The notes under the pieces: generated by a model
Told to the model about the DNA's origin: nothing
What the model saw: the letters and a program-made list of their open reading frames with translations, nothing else
Database searches by the model: none
Shown here: one piece after another, positions 1 to 8,616 of the stretch
How positions within the stretch are numbered: the stretch's first letter is position 1
How the letters are laid out: every line of letters begins with the position of its first letter
From: Desulfobulbus propionicus DSM 2032
Lineage (GTDB): Bacteria; Desulfobacterota; Desulfobulbia; Desulfobulbales; Desulfobulbaceae
Assembly: GCF_000186885.1 (NCBI RefSeq)
Contig: NC_014972.1
Location: forward strand, 570,001 to 602,000
DNA: 32,000 nt
Direction: 5' to 3'
Position numbers and translations under genes: made by a program

Positions 1-513
1 CACCAGTTTAAGTGGCTGGATCCGGGATGGGGCAATATAACGGAGCAGGTGGTCGACATACGGTTCGAGGATGGACAGGCTGCTTTGCTTGCCCCGTTGT
101 ACCGGGGCTGAAAAGGCGTTCTCTTCAGCCAGTCGTTGGATTTCCTTGAGGCCGGTATCGCCGCTGATGGGGCGAGCCCCACCACGGACCAGTTTCATGC
201 CGTTATAGTCGATAGGGTTGTGGCTGGCGGTTATTTCGATTCCTCCATCCACATCGAGATAAAAGGCGGCAAAATACACCTCCTCCGTGCCGACGAGGCC
301 TATATCGATCACATCGGTCCCGGCATCGAGCAACCCCTCGGTCACGACGGCCTTGAGCGCCTCGCTGCTCAGGCGAACGTCACTCCCGACAACCACCCGA
401 CGGGCGCACAGGTGTTCCCCAAACGCCCGGCCAATGCGACGGGCGATGTCCTCGTTCAGCTCGGAACCGAGTTTGCCTCGAATGTCATAAGCCTTGAAAC
501 AGGAAAGAGTCAT
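1..513 (-). CDS. manB: Phosphomannomutase/phosphoglucomutase, N-terminal part (3' end lies beyond the left window edge)
   Basis: Own minus-strand translation from ATG at 513: [35 protein letters not shown]...[20 protein letters not shown]. It contains the alpha-D-phosphohexomutase active-site loop TASHNP. It is absent from the ORF track because it is open-ended. ATGA start/stop overlap with manC at 510-513. Confidence 0.85.
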   Translation of the reverse strand, partial: MTLSCFKAYDIRGKLGSELNEDIARRIGRAFGEHLCARRVVVGSDVRLSSEALKAVVTEGLLDAGTDVIDIGLVGTEEVYFAAFYLDVDGGIEITASHNPIDYNGMKLVRGGARPISGDTGLKEIQRLAEENAFSAPVQRGKQSSLSILEPYVDHLLRYIAPSRIQPLKLV

Positions 514-1946
514 TGGCATCGTCCGTACTTGTCACTCAGGCGGACGATGTCGTCTTCACCGAGATACTCGCCGCTCTGGACTTCAATCATGACCAGATTA
601 AGAATACCTGGATTTTCAAGCCGATGCGAACAGCCGGCTGGAATGTAGGTAGATTCATTGGCACCGACCAGCAGTTCCTGATCACCATTGGTTACCTTTG
701 CCATGCCGTTGACGACAATCCAGTGTTCGCTGCGATGGTGGTGCATCTGCAGGCTGAGACTAGCACCCGGCTTGACCTCGATTCGTTTGATCTTGAACCG
801 TGGCCCCTCCTCGAGGACAGTGTAGCTCCCCCAAGGACGAAAAACGGTCCGGTGCAGTTTGTAGGCGTCGTGGTTCTGTTTTTTTAGCAGGGTAACCACT
901 TTTTTCACGTCCTGCGCCTTGTCCGGGGGAACGATCAGGAGAGCGTCGGCCGTATCGACAATGATTAAGTCGTCGACCCCGACCGTAGCGATCAGGCGTT
1001 CTTCGCTTTGCGCAAAGATATTGTGGCTGTCGACAAAGAGGCATTCACCGATCCCGCGGTTGTTGTCGGCATCAGCTTTTATCAGCTGGCTGACCGCGCT
1101 CCAGGAACCGATGTCGCTCCAGCCAATGTCGGCCGGCAAGACGGCAATGTTCGCTGAGCGTTCCAGTAAGGCATAATCCACCGAGATGTCGGGGAACTGT
1201 TCGAAATGTTTGGCAGGGATCTCAAGCATGTTCGCATCGGCTTTTGTGGTGTGTCGCAGCTCTTGCCAACAGGCTTGGGCAGTTTGGAAAATGTCCGGCG
1301 CATGCAGGGCAAATTCGTTGAGCACAGTACCCGCTAAAAAACAAAACATTCCGGAATTCCAATAAAAATTTCCAGACGAGACGTATTTTTGCGCGGTTTC
1401 TACATCAGGTTTTTCCACAAAACGTAGAACGGACCTGCCCGGTGGAATGTTCGGACCGGCTTCAATGTATCCAAATCCTGTTTCCGGCATGGAGGGGACG
1501 ATGCCGAAGGTTACCAGGCGTCCTTGTCGGGCTAAAATTTCAGCATTTTGCACTGCCTCGGCAAAGGCTTCTTGCCGTTGAACCAAGTGGTCAGCGGGCA
1601 GGACCAAGAGGCAAGCATCGCGATCAAATTGCTCAGCAACCATGAATGCGGACATAATGATCGCTGCGGCCGTATTGCGACCAAAAGGCTCCAGCAGAAA
1701 GGTGTTGCGACATTCAACGTCACCCACCCGCGCCTTGGTTAATTCGTCCTTGCTCATGAAAAAATAGTCGCGATTTGTGGCTGTCAGAATCTGCCCACCC
1801 TGGGCGACTGCCGCGGCACGCAGGTAGGTCTTTAGGAGCAGGCTTTGCCCATCGGTCAACTGCATAAAAGGTTTGGGGTGCCCTTGGCGGGAAACCGGCC
1901 AAAGGCGTGTTCCTGCACCACCGGAAAGAATTAGGGGAATGAGCAT
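510..1946 (-). CDS. manC: Mannose-1-phosphate guanylyltransferase / mannose-6-phosphate isomerase (bifunctional, type II PMI)
   Basis: ORF 510..2096. N-terminal nucleotidyltransferase motif [16 protein letters not shown] and C-terminal cupin motif [13 protein letters not shown]. Start set at the internal ATG (1946, [10 protein letters not shown]...) because homologues begin a few residues before the GGxGxRLWP loop. The 50-codon extension to 2096 is unsupported. No clear SD at either start. Confidence 0.88.
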   Translation of the reverse strand: MLIPLILSGGAGTRLWPVSRQGHPKPFMQLTDGQSLLLKTYLRAAAVAQGGQILTATNRDYFFMSKDELTKARVGDVECRNTFLLEPFGRNTAAAIIMSAFMVAEQFDRDACLLVLPADHLVQRQEAFAEAVQNAEILARQGRLVTFGIVPSMPETGFGYIEAGPNIPPGRSVLRFVEKPDVETAQKYVSSGNFYWNSGMFCFLAGTVLNEFALHAPDIFQTAQACWQELRHTTKADANMLEIPAKHFEQFPDISVDYALLERSANIAVLPADIGWSDIGSWSAVSQLIKADADNNRGIGECLFVDSHNIFAQSEERLIATVGVDDLIIVDTADALLIVPPDKAQDVKKVVTLLKKQNHDAYKLHRTVFRPWGSYTVLEEGPRFKIKRIEVKPGASLSLQMHHHRSEHWIVVNGMAKVTNGDQELLVGANESTYIPAGCSHRLENPGILNLVMIEVQSGEYLGEDDIVRLSDKYGRCQ

Positions 1947-2116
1947 AGGGAGAGAGCCTGTCGTTTTCGGTTTATTGGTTTTCGATTGTGCAACACCGGA
2001 TAGTGGTCCGGTCGCCGGATAGACCCTCGGGTATGGATAAGTCTTGAAGGGGCGAATGATATTGCGGTTAGAGTCAAATGTTGTTGATACTACCAAAGAG
2101 ACAGCTTGGCTTCAAG

Positions 2117-3664
2117 CTCAAGTTTCTGACTTGCTCCAACTTGCTGTTATTAGGTTTGTAACGTGGGTCAATCTCTTTCCTGTTTGCAGCATATCAACGG
2201 CAAAGCCCATGACTGCATCAACAATGGCAAGCACTGCATCTTCGGCGATGATGCCGGCAGCCCTGACTTTGCTCAAGGCCAGATTGAGCAGCCGCTGCAT
2301 GGCCTCAACCAGACTCAGGTCCTGCTGCTCTTCGCTGCAAGTGTAAAAGAGCGAGCCAAGGGTGCGGGGATCGTCATGACAGCGTTGCTCGAAAGCCAGG
2401 AAGACATAGCGACTCATGACAATGGTGATATGGCCGATGATGCCGTCAAAATCCCGCAGTTGGGTCTCCCGTTCGAGGTTGAGGTAGTGCATCATCTTGA
2501 AGAACACCTCGATATCCCACCGTTTGCCGTAGATGCGGACAATTTCTTCGTCGGCGAGGTCAATCTTGGTCGAGAGGATGGCCAACCATTGGCGTTTGTG
2601 GCTGTGGCGGACAAAAACGATTTTGACCTTCCGCTCCTTTTTGGTTTCCACCACCACGCTGGCCAGAATCCTGGCCTTGCCCCGCCGCTTTTTCAGCTTG
2701 GCGAAGAGCCGCCCCAGCCTCAACCATTATTGCCCTTGATGGCGGTAAAAGACCTTCGGCATGTCCTTGCCCATGCAGATCACCGGCAGATGTTTGCCCA
2801 AGGTGGCAAGCAGGGCTGGGAAGGCAAACCAACTGTCCATCAGGATGGTAGTCGGCCCGGATGCCCAACGTCAACACCCGCTTTACCATGGTTTCCAGAT
2901 GCTCGGTGGATTTGGTCATGGCCTCCACTCTGCGTTTGTAGCCGCAGTACCGCTTGTCCATCTCTTTCTTGATCCCCTGCAATCGCTTGCTTGCCTCGGA
3001 GGCGGAACAGAGAATGAAATCAAGCGGCAGGAAACTTACTCCATCCGACCAGCCCAGGGTCATGAGCTTGAACCCTTTCAAGCTGCGGTTGGCGTTGTGG
3101 TCATGCACCCAGGCGAGCAATTCGACCACTTTGGAGCGGGACCGGTCATAGGTGCTGTCATCGATGATCAGCACCTTCTCACGTTGCTCGCTGGTCAGTA
3201 CGTCCATGAACCGAACCACCACGGTTACCAATCCCAGCAGAAATTTCCGCCAGTTATACCGAGGATTCTTCAAGAACTCGTAGGCGGCATCCTTGCGGAA
3301 TTCCAACTCCGGGTTGTTCACGATCCCGCGAGAGAAATTGACCCCGCTAAACGGCAAGGAGAAGATGGCGGCGAACACCGCCAGCGGTTTTACCCCTCGC
3401 AATTTGCGGATGCCGCTGCCACCCAGCAGGGTGCCAACCCTGAAATCCTCCAGAAAGGAGGAAATCCGGTTTTGCAGTCGTTTTGCCTCTTGTTGCTCCA
3501 GGTAGTATTGGGTATGGTTCATCTGAGCCTTTTCTTTTTGATATCATTAGGTATTTTCGCAAATCCAACATATCAGAATGCAAAAGGCTTTTCACATTAA
3601 AATGACATTATTTCAGGAGGTTGGCCGTCGATTTTTCTTGGCCACGCCAACCCCGAAACTTGAG
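2117..3664 (-). mobile_element. Decayed IS4-family insertion sequence (boundaries tentative)
   Basis: Contains the disrupted DDE transposase below. Candidate terminal inverted repeats: CTCAAGTTTCtGacTTG at 2117-2133 versus the reverse complement of 3648-3664 (CTCAAGTTTCgGggTTG), 14/17 matches. No convincing target-site duplication seen. Confidence 0.4.
2118..3522 (-). pseudogene. IS4-family DDE transposase, disrupted by a frameshift and an in-frame stop
   Basis: ORFs 2560..3522 and 2118..2723 are two pieces of one protein. D1 is in LIIDDSTYDRS. After ...LGIRADY, one extra C (about 2847-2848) shifts the frame. The corrected frame reads ILMDSWFAFPALLATLGKHLPVICMGKDMPKVFYRHQGQ (D2 in MDSWF), then hits TAA at 2727-2729. 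It continues WLRLGRLFAKL...YGKRWDIEVFFK, the Y-R-E-K signature. Confidence 0.8.
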
Positions 3665-4063
3665 AACAAGGAAAGAGCTCGTTTTTTTTGCAGTGTTTCG
3701 GAAAGATGCTGTTTACACAGGGGAATCTTGAAATTTAGCTTAGCAAGCCCCGGCACCATTCAGCGGCAATTTTATTCACAAAGACCATGCTCTTCTGGCT
3801 TTTAATCCGATCGGTTTTGCACCTTGGCGGTGCCTCGCTCTGTGCTCGATGGCGGTCTTTTGCCAGTTTGCCGCACTCCGGGCACACTTCACCTGCTTGC
3901 AGCCAGAAGCATCCCCATTCGGTCAATGTTGTACACCAGGTTGCGCAAGCCGATCTTAGAATGGACAATCTTGCCGTTTGCAGTAAGGACTCCGAAGGAG
4001 CCGTATTGTCTTTTTGAGAGAGCATCGGGTTTGCCGACGGCGCCCGAAGCCGTTTTGTCTTCC

Positions 4064-4957
4064 TCAGTTCTCTGGCCGCTTCCAGTTTCCGGTCCCGCTC
4101 TTTTGAAAAATTTCCTGCTCCCTGCCACTGAGCTTGTCCACTGGAGCCACGTAGCCAATGGCGCTATGCAGCCGGACGTTGTTGTAGTGGGCAATGAACT
4201 TCTCCACCATCCTCCGGGCATCGTCAAGGGAAAGCGGTACGCCGGGGCGAATGCACTCTCCCTTGATGGTGGCATGAAATCGCTCCAACTTGCCGTTGGA
4301 CTGCGGATAGTACGGTGATGTCCGCACGTGCGTCATGCCGGAGAGCCGGATGAATTCCTTGAAATCCTTGGCAATGAATTGCGGGCCGTTATCGGAGATG
4401 ATCCGAGGCCGGGCTTCGGGGTATTTCTCCTTGGCCCGTTGGACAATGATCTCCACATCCTGCTCCGTCATCTGCTCCCGGATCTCCCAATGAACGATGA
4501 AACGGCTGCAGCCGTCGAGCAGGCTGCATAGATAATAAAAGGTGCCGCAGATATTGAGATGTGACACATCGATATGCCAATGTTCATGAGGACGAAGCGG
4601 TTGCACGAAGCCATTTCCCTTGGCGCTGTTTTTTCGGTTCCACTTCTTGAGCAAACCGGCCTTGGCCAAGACTCGCCAGGTACTACTCGGACTGACGGCA
4701 ACAATGTCCCGATCAAGCATCATGAACGTCAACCGCCGATACCCTTCCAGGGGATGATCGAGCGCAAACCGGATGATGGCCTCCTGCTCCCAGGACTCCA
4801 GCCAGAAGTCACGAGGGATTAGACCGTTATGTTCGTTTGCCTTGCCGTAACGGCCAATCCAGGCGTAAAATTTACTCCGCGCCACGCCAAGCCAGACGAT
4901 GAGCCTGTTGGTGGGTATTTCTGCTTTTGCACTCCACCGGCGACTGAAATCAACCAC
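4064..4957 (-). CDS. IS3-family transposase OrfB (integrase/rve core, DDE)
   Basis: 297-aa ORF with HWHIDVSH (D), IISDNGPQF (D) and YYPQSNGKLERFH (E). It lies in the -1 frame relative to orfA. The frame is open upstream to the slippery site, so an OrfAB fusion is possible. Confidence 0.88.
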   Translation of the reverse strand: MVDFSRRWSAKAEIPTNRLIVWLGVARSKFYAWIGRYGKANEHNGLIPRDFWLESWEQEAIIRFALDHPLEGYRRLTFMMLDRDIVAVSPSSTWRVLAKAGLLKKWNRKNSAKGNGFVQPLRPHEHWHIDVSHLNICGTFYYLCSLLDGCSRFIVHWEIREQMTEQDVEIIVQRAKEKYPEARPRIISDNGPQFIAKDFKEFIRLSGMTHVRTSPYYPQSNGKLERFHATIKGECIRPGVPLSLDDARRMVEKFIAHYNNVRLHSAIGYVAPVDKLSGREQEIFQKSGTGNWKRPEN

Positions 4958-4992
4958 GGCATCGCGGGTGTCATGGGGAACCCAACCGCCAT

Positions 4993-5319
4993 TCAGAGCT
5001 CCCCAAGTTCTTTTTTTAACTGGATATGCTCCTCCAGCAGTTCCGAAAGCACTTCATGTTTCCGGCGCAATTTCTCCTCAAGCTCACGAATGCGCTTCTC
5101 CTCCGCCTGCTGTTTGCTCTTTCCTTCACGGGCAAACGCTGAAGCCCCTTTTTCAAAGAACTGCTTCTGCCAATCGTAAAAAATCTTCGGCTGCAATTGG
5201 TATTCGTCGCACAAATCCGAAACCGCCTCTCGGCCAACCAAGTGCCGTTTCAGGATAAAGACCTTCTCTTCAGGGCTGTAGTTGTGACGCTTCTTTCGCA
5301 TGGACTTCCCTCCGTTCAT
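4993..5319 (-). CDS. IS3-family transposase OrfA (HTH plus leucine-zipper region)
   Basis: 108-aa ORF, ...YSPEEKVFILKRHLVGREAVSDLCDEYQLQPKIFYDWQKQF..., with a coiled-coil C-terminus typical of IS3/IS911 OrfA. It ends 36 nt upstream of the annotated orfB start. Confidence 0.85.
   Translation of the reverse strand: MNGGKSMRKKRHNYSPEEKVFILKRHLVGREAVSDLCDEYQLQPKIFYDWQKQFFEKGASAFAREGKSKQQAEEKRIRELEEKLRRKHEVLSELLEEHIQLKKELGEL
5010..5017 (-). promoter_or_regulatory. Programmed -1 ribosomal frameshift slippery site (A AAA AAA G)
   Basis: The minus strand reads CAG TTA AAA AAA GAA CTT near the end of orfA. Slipping -1 gives KKRTWGALNGGWVPHDTRDAVVDFSRRWSAK..., which runs straight into OrfB (MVDFSRRWSAK). 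Confidence 0.7.
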
Positions 5320-5350
5320 GATGGTTTATCATAAACGGCAGGATTGTCCT

Positions 5351-5728
5351 ATTCCTGTTGAACCAAGACACTACGCCGTGCTGGTTGGAGACCTTGCCAT
5401 CCGAGTGCGCGAGCTTGTCCGCCAAACTTGTGAACGGTACGAGATTCAGATTTTGCGAGGAGTGGTCAGCAAGGATCATATCCACATTTTGGTGTCAGCA
5501 CCTCCTGACATATCGCCATCCACCATCATGAGATGGGTGAAGGGACGAACATCGCGGAAAATATTCGAAGAATTTCCGCATGTGAAAAAGCGGTATTGGG
5601 GCCAGCATTTTTGGGCACGGGGCTATTTCTGTGCCACAGCCGGCGAATTGACGAAAGAAATGATTCAGGAGTATCTTTCGCATCATTTTGAGCCCAAACC
5701 TCATGACGGCTTCGATGTCGAGCCATGA
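5351..5728 (+). pseudogene. tnpA: IS200/IS605-family Y1 transposase TnpA, 5'-truncated by the IS3 insertion
   Basis: ORF 5300..5728. From about 5351 it reads ...PRHYAVLVGDLAIRVRELVRQTCERYEIQILRGVVSKDHIHILVSAPP (HUH motif HIH) ...YWGQHFWARGYFCATAG (catalytic Tyr region). The first roughly 25 residues expected for this family are missing. The ORF's apparent N-terminus (MDFPPFMMVYHKRQ) is read from IS3 sequence. Confidence 0.75.
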
Positions 5729-5781
5729 ACCGGCTGCGCAGCCTGCCGGTATTGCTGGACTTTCAGTCCGCGATTCCGAAC

Positions 5782-5802
5782 CCACCGACTTCAAGTCGGT
5801 GG
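5782..5802 (+). repeat. Perfect 9-bp stem-loop (CCACCGACT tca AGTCGGTGG), likely subterminal right-end hairpin of the IS200/IS605 remnant
   Basis: Seen directly 54 nt downstream of the tnpA stop. IS200/IS605 elements carry subterminal hairpins instead of inverted repeats. Confidence 0.5.
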
Positions 5803-5821
5803 TTGTTTAGTTTCAATATTC

Positions 5822-7466
5822 CCTGAATCAGTGAAAAACGATCAGTAACCAGGACTATATTTTTCAATTAACACATTGATATTTAATTATAAATATTGCA
5901 ATATCCGCCTGTCCAGAAAACTCACTCGACAGGTGAAAACATGAAGCGATTGATCCTCGAACAGAGCAGCGACGAATTCTACACCAGCCACTCCGGGTTG
6001 GCCCTGGCTGGCGCCTGCATCAACCGGTACAGCGACCTTGGCCGTTCTGTCGGCAGGGTGGCCAAGGGGAGCGATCACATTGCCGAGATCGACATCCTTC
6101 GCAGCTATCTCGGCCTGCTTTGTCTGGGCAAAAGCGATTATCAGGCCATTGCCGCCATGCGTGAAGACGACTATTTCAAGCAGTCCCTGGGGATCGGCCG
6201 GATGCCCTCGGTCGAGCGGTTGCGGCAGCGATTGGATGAGGCCGGAACCAACCTTGTTCCGGTCATCCATCGAAGTTCGCGAATCATGCTCAAGCGGCTC
6301 AAGGCCCCAGTCACCGGCTACCGGAACGGTCTGGTCCCCCTGGATGTGGATGTCTTCCCTCAGGATAACTCCAACACCAAGAAGGAAGGCGTCAGCCGCA
6401 CCTACAAGAACTACGATGGTTATGCACCCATCGCCGCCTATCTCGGCAAGGAGGGTTGGTGCCTGGAGGTGGAACTCCGGCCGGGAAGTCAGCATAGCCA
6501 GAATGGGTTTGTCGACTTTCTCAACCGGGTGATTGCCGGCGCCAAGGAGCTGAGCGAGCAGCCGCTGCTGGTTCGCGCAGACGCGGGCAACGATGCTCTC
6601 GAGACCCTGGTCGCCCTGGAAAACGTTGAGAAGACCCACTACATCGTCAAATGGAATCCCCGGAAAAGTGACACCATCGCCTGGCGCGATAAAGTGTTTG
6701 CCGAGGGGCCGGTGAAGACGCCCCGGCCAGGGAAGCGGGTCGGCACCATGGTCGTCGAGGAACGTAAAGAGATCGACGAAACACCCTATACCTTCAAGCG
6801 AATCGTCCGGGTGACCGAGCGGACCATCGATAAAAACGGTCAGTTTCTCCTCACTCCGGATATTGCCCTTGAGGGCTGGTGGACCAACCTTGCGATGGTG
6901 CCAGAAGATGTGATCGAGCTCTATCGGCAGCATGCGACGTCGGAGCAGTTCCATAGCGAGTTCAAGACCGATCTGGATTTCGAACGGCTGCCCAGCGGCA
7001 AGTTTGCCACCAACGCCCTGGTGATGGCTTTGGGCGCCTTTGCCTACAACATCCTCCGCTTTATCGGGCAAACGGGTCTGATCGCCCCCTTTGGACCGGT
7101 AAGGCATTCGGCCAAACGCAGACGGCTGAGAACCGTGATCCAAGAGTTGATGTATCTGGCCGGACGGCTCATCACCACCGGTCGGCGATTGAAGTTGCGT
7201 TTCAGCCGGCATTGTCCGGCGTTCACCGCTTTCAGCGTTGTGTATTCGCGGCTTATTCCGGCCAGCTAAGCAAGATTTGCTGGTCAATCAGCACGATACA
7301 CGGCAACCGTGCCTTCGCTTCACCCAATAACGATTTTTTCAAGGATCAAGACGCCAAAATGACCGTAGCGTTCGGTTGATAAGCAACAGCATCAGCCCAC
7401 AAGGCTGACAATCGCCCCCGACAGACCTGAAAGAGGAAATCCGGTCGAGGGCGTCACGGATTCAGG
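5822..7466 (+). mobile_element. IS1380-family insertion sequence, copy 1
   Basis: Ends CCTGAATCAGTGA (5822-) and TCACGGATTCAGG (-7466) form imperfect inverted repeats (12/13). It is flanked by the 5-bp direct repeat TATTC (5817-5821 and 7467-7471). About 1.65 kb with a single DDE transposase. Confidence 0.85.
5941..7269 (+). CDS. IS1380-family DDE transposase (copy 1)
   Basis: ORF 5896..7269. Motifs: LVPLDVDVFPQDNSNTKKEGVSRTYKNYDGYAP, LLVRADAGNDA, YRQHATSEQFHSEFKTDLDFERLPSGKFATNALV. Start set at ATG 5941 (MKRLILEQ), which is conserved in copy 2, rather than the TTG at 5896. Confidence 0.88.
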   Translation: MKRLILEQSSDEFYTSHSGLALAGACINRYSDLGRSVGRVAKGSDHIAEIDILRSYLGLLCLGKSDYQAIAAMREDDYFKQSLGIGRMPSVERLRQRLDEAGTNLVPVIHRSSRIMLKRLKAPVTGYRNGLVPLDVDVFPQDNSNTKKEGVSRTYKNYDGYAPIAAYLGKEGWCLEVELRPGSQHSQNGFVDFLNRVIAGAKELSEQPLLVRADAGNDALETLVALENVEKTHYIVKWNPRKSDTIAWRDKVFAEGPVKTPRPGKRVGTMVVEERKEIDETPYTFKRIVRVTERTIDKNGQFLLTPDIALEGWWTNLAMVPEDVIELYRQHATSEQFHSEFKTDLDFERLPSGKFATNALVMALGAFAYNILRFIGQTGLIAPFGPVRHSAKRRRLRTVIQELMYLAGRLITTGRRLKLRFSRHCPAFTAFSVVYSRLIPAS

Positions 7467-7472
7467 TATTCC

Positions 7473-8555
7473 CTAAATTTGCTTTTTAATTTTTATCCTT
7501 ATGTGTTGAATTGGTTCATCTATATACCTGATGAACAGAAATGAAAAAAATAATACAAAGATAACGGATAATATAAAGATGAAGAGACCTTCTTGTCTGT
7601 ATTTGTTAAAATTTGATTGCTGTAACATTAAAAAAGAAACAATTAAACCGCATTGCCAATGGAGAATATAAATAGGGTACGAATAGTTTCCTATAATTTT
7701 ATCTATATATTTATTTATATTAAATATTTTTTCTCCTATTGATAAGCTATAAACAATGAGAGAACATATTATTAAATTTAAATAAAATCCTGTTTCTATC
7801 CAGTATCCAGTATAATTTCTTTTAATGTATGACCAAAAAGAAACATTTAATAACATTAATAAAAATAAAAATATTGGTTGTATTTTTATTGAATAATAAA
7901 TTTGAGTAAAAAAAGTATTCTTTGATATAAAATAAATTGCTGACCCAATTGAAAATGGTAATGAGGCAGCTGCTATTGTAAAATATCGAGTCTGCCATGG
8001 CCATCCAACAATGAAACTATAAAATACATATATAATTGAAACGAAAATCCATGTATATATTCTGTATATATTCTTTGAAATTCCAATGCAAATTAAAATG
8101 TAGAAAAATATTTCAATGGTAAGTGCCCAAGTCGGAGGAACAAGTCTTGGATTCATGCTACCTTCAATTGTTGGATGAAATAGAATTAAAAAATTGAAAA
8201 GAGCTTCTTTTGTTGAGCTTGGCATAAACATGCTTCCATGAAATTTTTTTACAAACTCAGGGCCAAGAATTAATATTAAAATAATTGAAATCAATGCAGC
8301 CGCCAAATATTGAGGATATAATCTTAAAATTCTATTTATAGCAAAAGAAAATCGTCCAGAGCTTGTGTATCCATATGTTTCATGCATAATTAACGTCATT
8401 AAATATCCACTAATAATGTAAAAACCGAATACAGGATAAGTTCCTAGAGGCAGGAACCCTAAAAACAAATGATGTACCATTACCATTACAGCAAGTGTTG
8501 TGCGATACAAACCAAACATTTCATTTTCTCTCTTGTTAACTGGTACATAAATCAC
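7473..8555 (-). CDS. Acyltransferase family 3 membrane protein (OafA/WecH-like polysaccharide O-acyltransferase)
   Basis: 360-aa ORF, highly hydrophobic (about 10 predicted TM stretches). The N-terminal FGLYRTTLAVMVMVHH matches the R...H region of Acyl_transf_3 proteins. Extremely AT-rich codons. GTG start at 8555 or ATG at 8519. The upstream frame is closed by TAA at 8613-8615. The stop TAG lies 6 nt from the end of IS copy 1. Confidence 0.75.
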   Translation of the reverse strand: MIYVPVNKRENEMFGLYRTTLAVMVMVHHLFLGFLPLGTYPVFGFYIISGYLMTLIMHETYGYTSSGRFSFAINRILRLYPQYLAAALISIILILILGPEFVKKFHGSMFMPSSTKEALFNFLILFHPTIEGSMNPRLVPPTWALTIEIFFYILICIGISKNIYRIYTWIFVSIIYVFYSFIVGWPWQTRYFTIAAASLPFSIGSAIYFISKNTFFTQIYYSIKIQPIFLFLLMLLNVSFWSYIKRNYTGYWIETGFYLNLIICSLIVYSLSIGEKIFNINKYIDKIIGNYSYPIYILHWQCGLIVSFLMLQQSNFNKYRQEGLFIFILSVIFVLFFSFLFIRYIDEPIQHIRIKIKKQI

Positions 8556-8616
8556 CGAATATTTCGGTGTATTTGATGATGGGGATGGCGGAAGAAACTC
8601 TTTGCCTTGTCCTTAT

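Larger units (their letters stand above)
3962..5350 (-). mobile_element. IS3-family insertion sequence, apparently intact (orfA/orfB with -1 frameshift site)
   Basis: Terminal inverted repeats: 3963-3979 GGACAATCTTGCCGTTT versus the reverse complement of 5333-5349 GGACAATCCTGCCGTTT (16/17). The left end begins TG as is typical for IS3. Length about 1.39 kb. No matching direct repeats flank it, consistent with insertion into already rearranged IS debris. Confidence 0.75.

Noticed and set aside
136-648. 170-aa plus-strand ORF at the left edge
   Set aside because: It is antisense to the open-ended manB gene, whose minus-strand translation contains the TASHNP phosphohexomutase motif.
2163-3600. 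Plus-strand ORFs of 269 and 279 aa across the IS4 element
   Set aside because: They are antisense to the recognisable, though disrupted, IS4-family transposase frames and contain no motifs.
5729-5821. Possible tRNA or tRNA-Sec fragment, because two hairpin loops contain CTTCAAG / TTTCAGT (TCA anticodon-like)
   Set aside because: No acceptor stem, D-arm or GTTCGAATC-type T-arm can be built on either strand. The hairpins fit better as IS200/IS605 right-end structures.
5887-7287. 466-aa ORF antisense to, and longer than, the IS1380 copy 1 transposase
   Set aside because: It is a mirror-frame shadow of a GC-rich coding sequence with a low-complexity G/P/A/L/Q-rich product. The equivalent frame in copy 2 is broken into 8867..9331 and 9440..10153, so it is not conserved even between the two copies.
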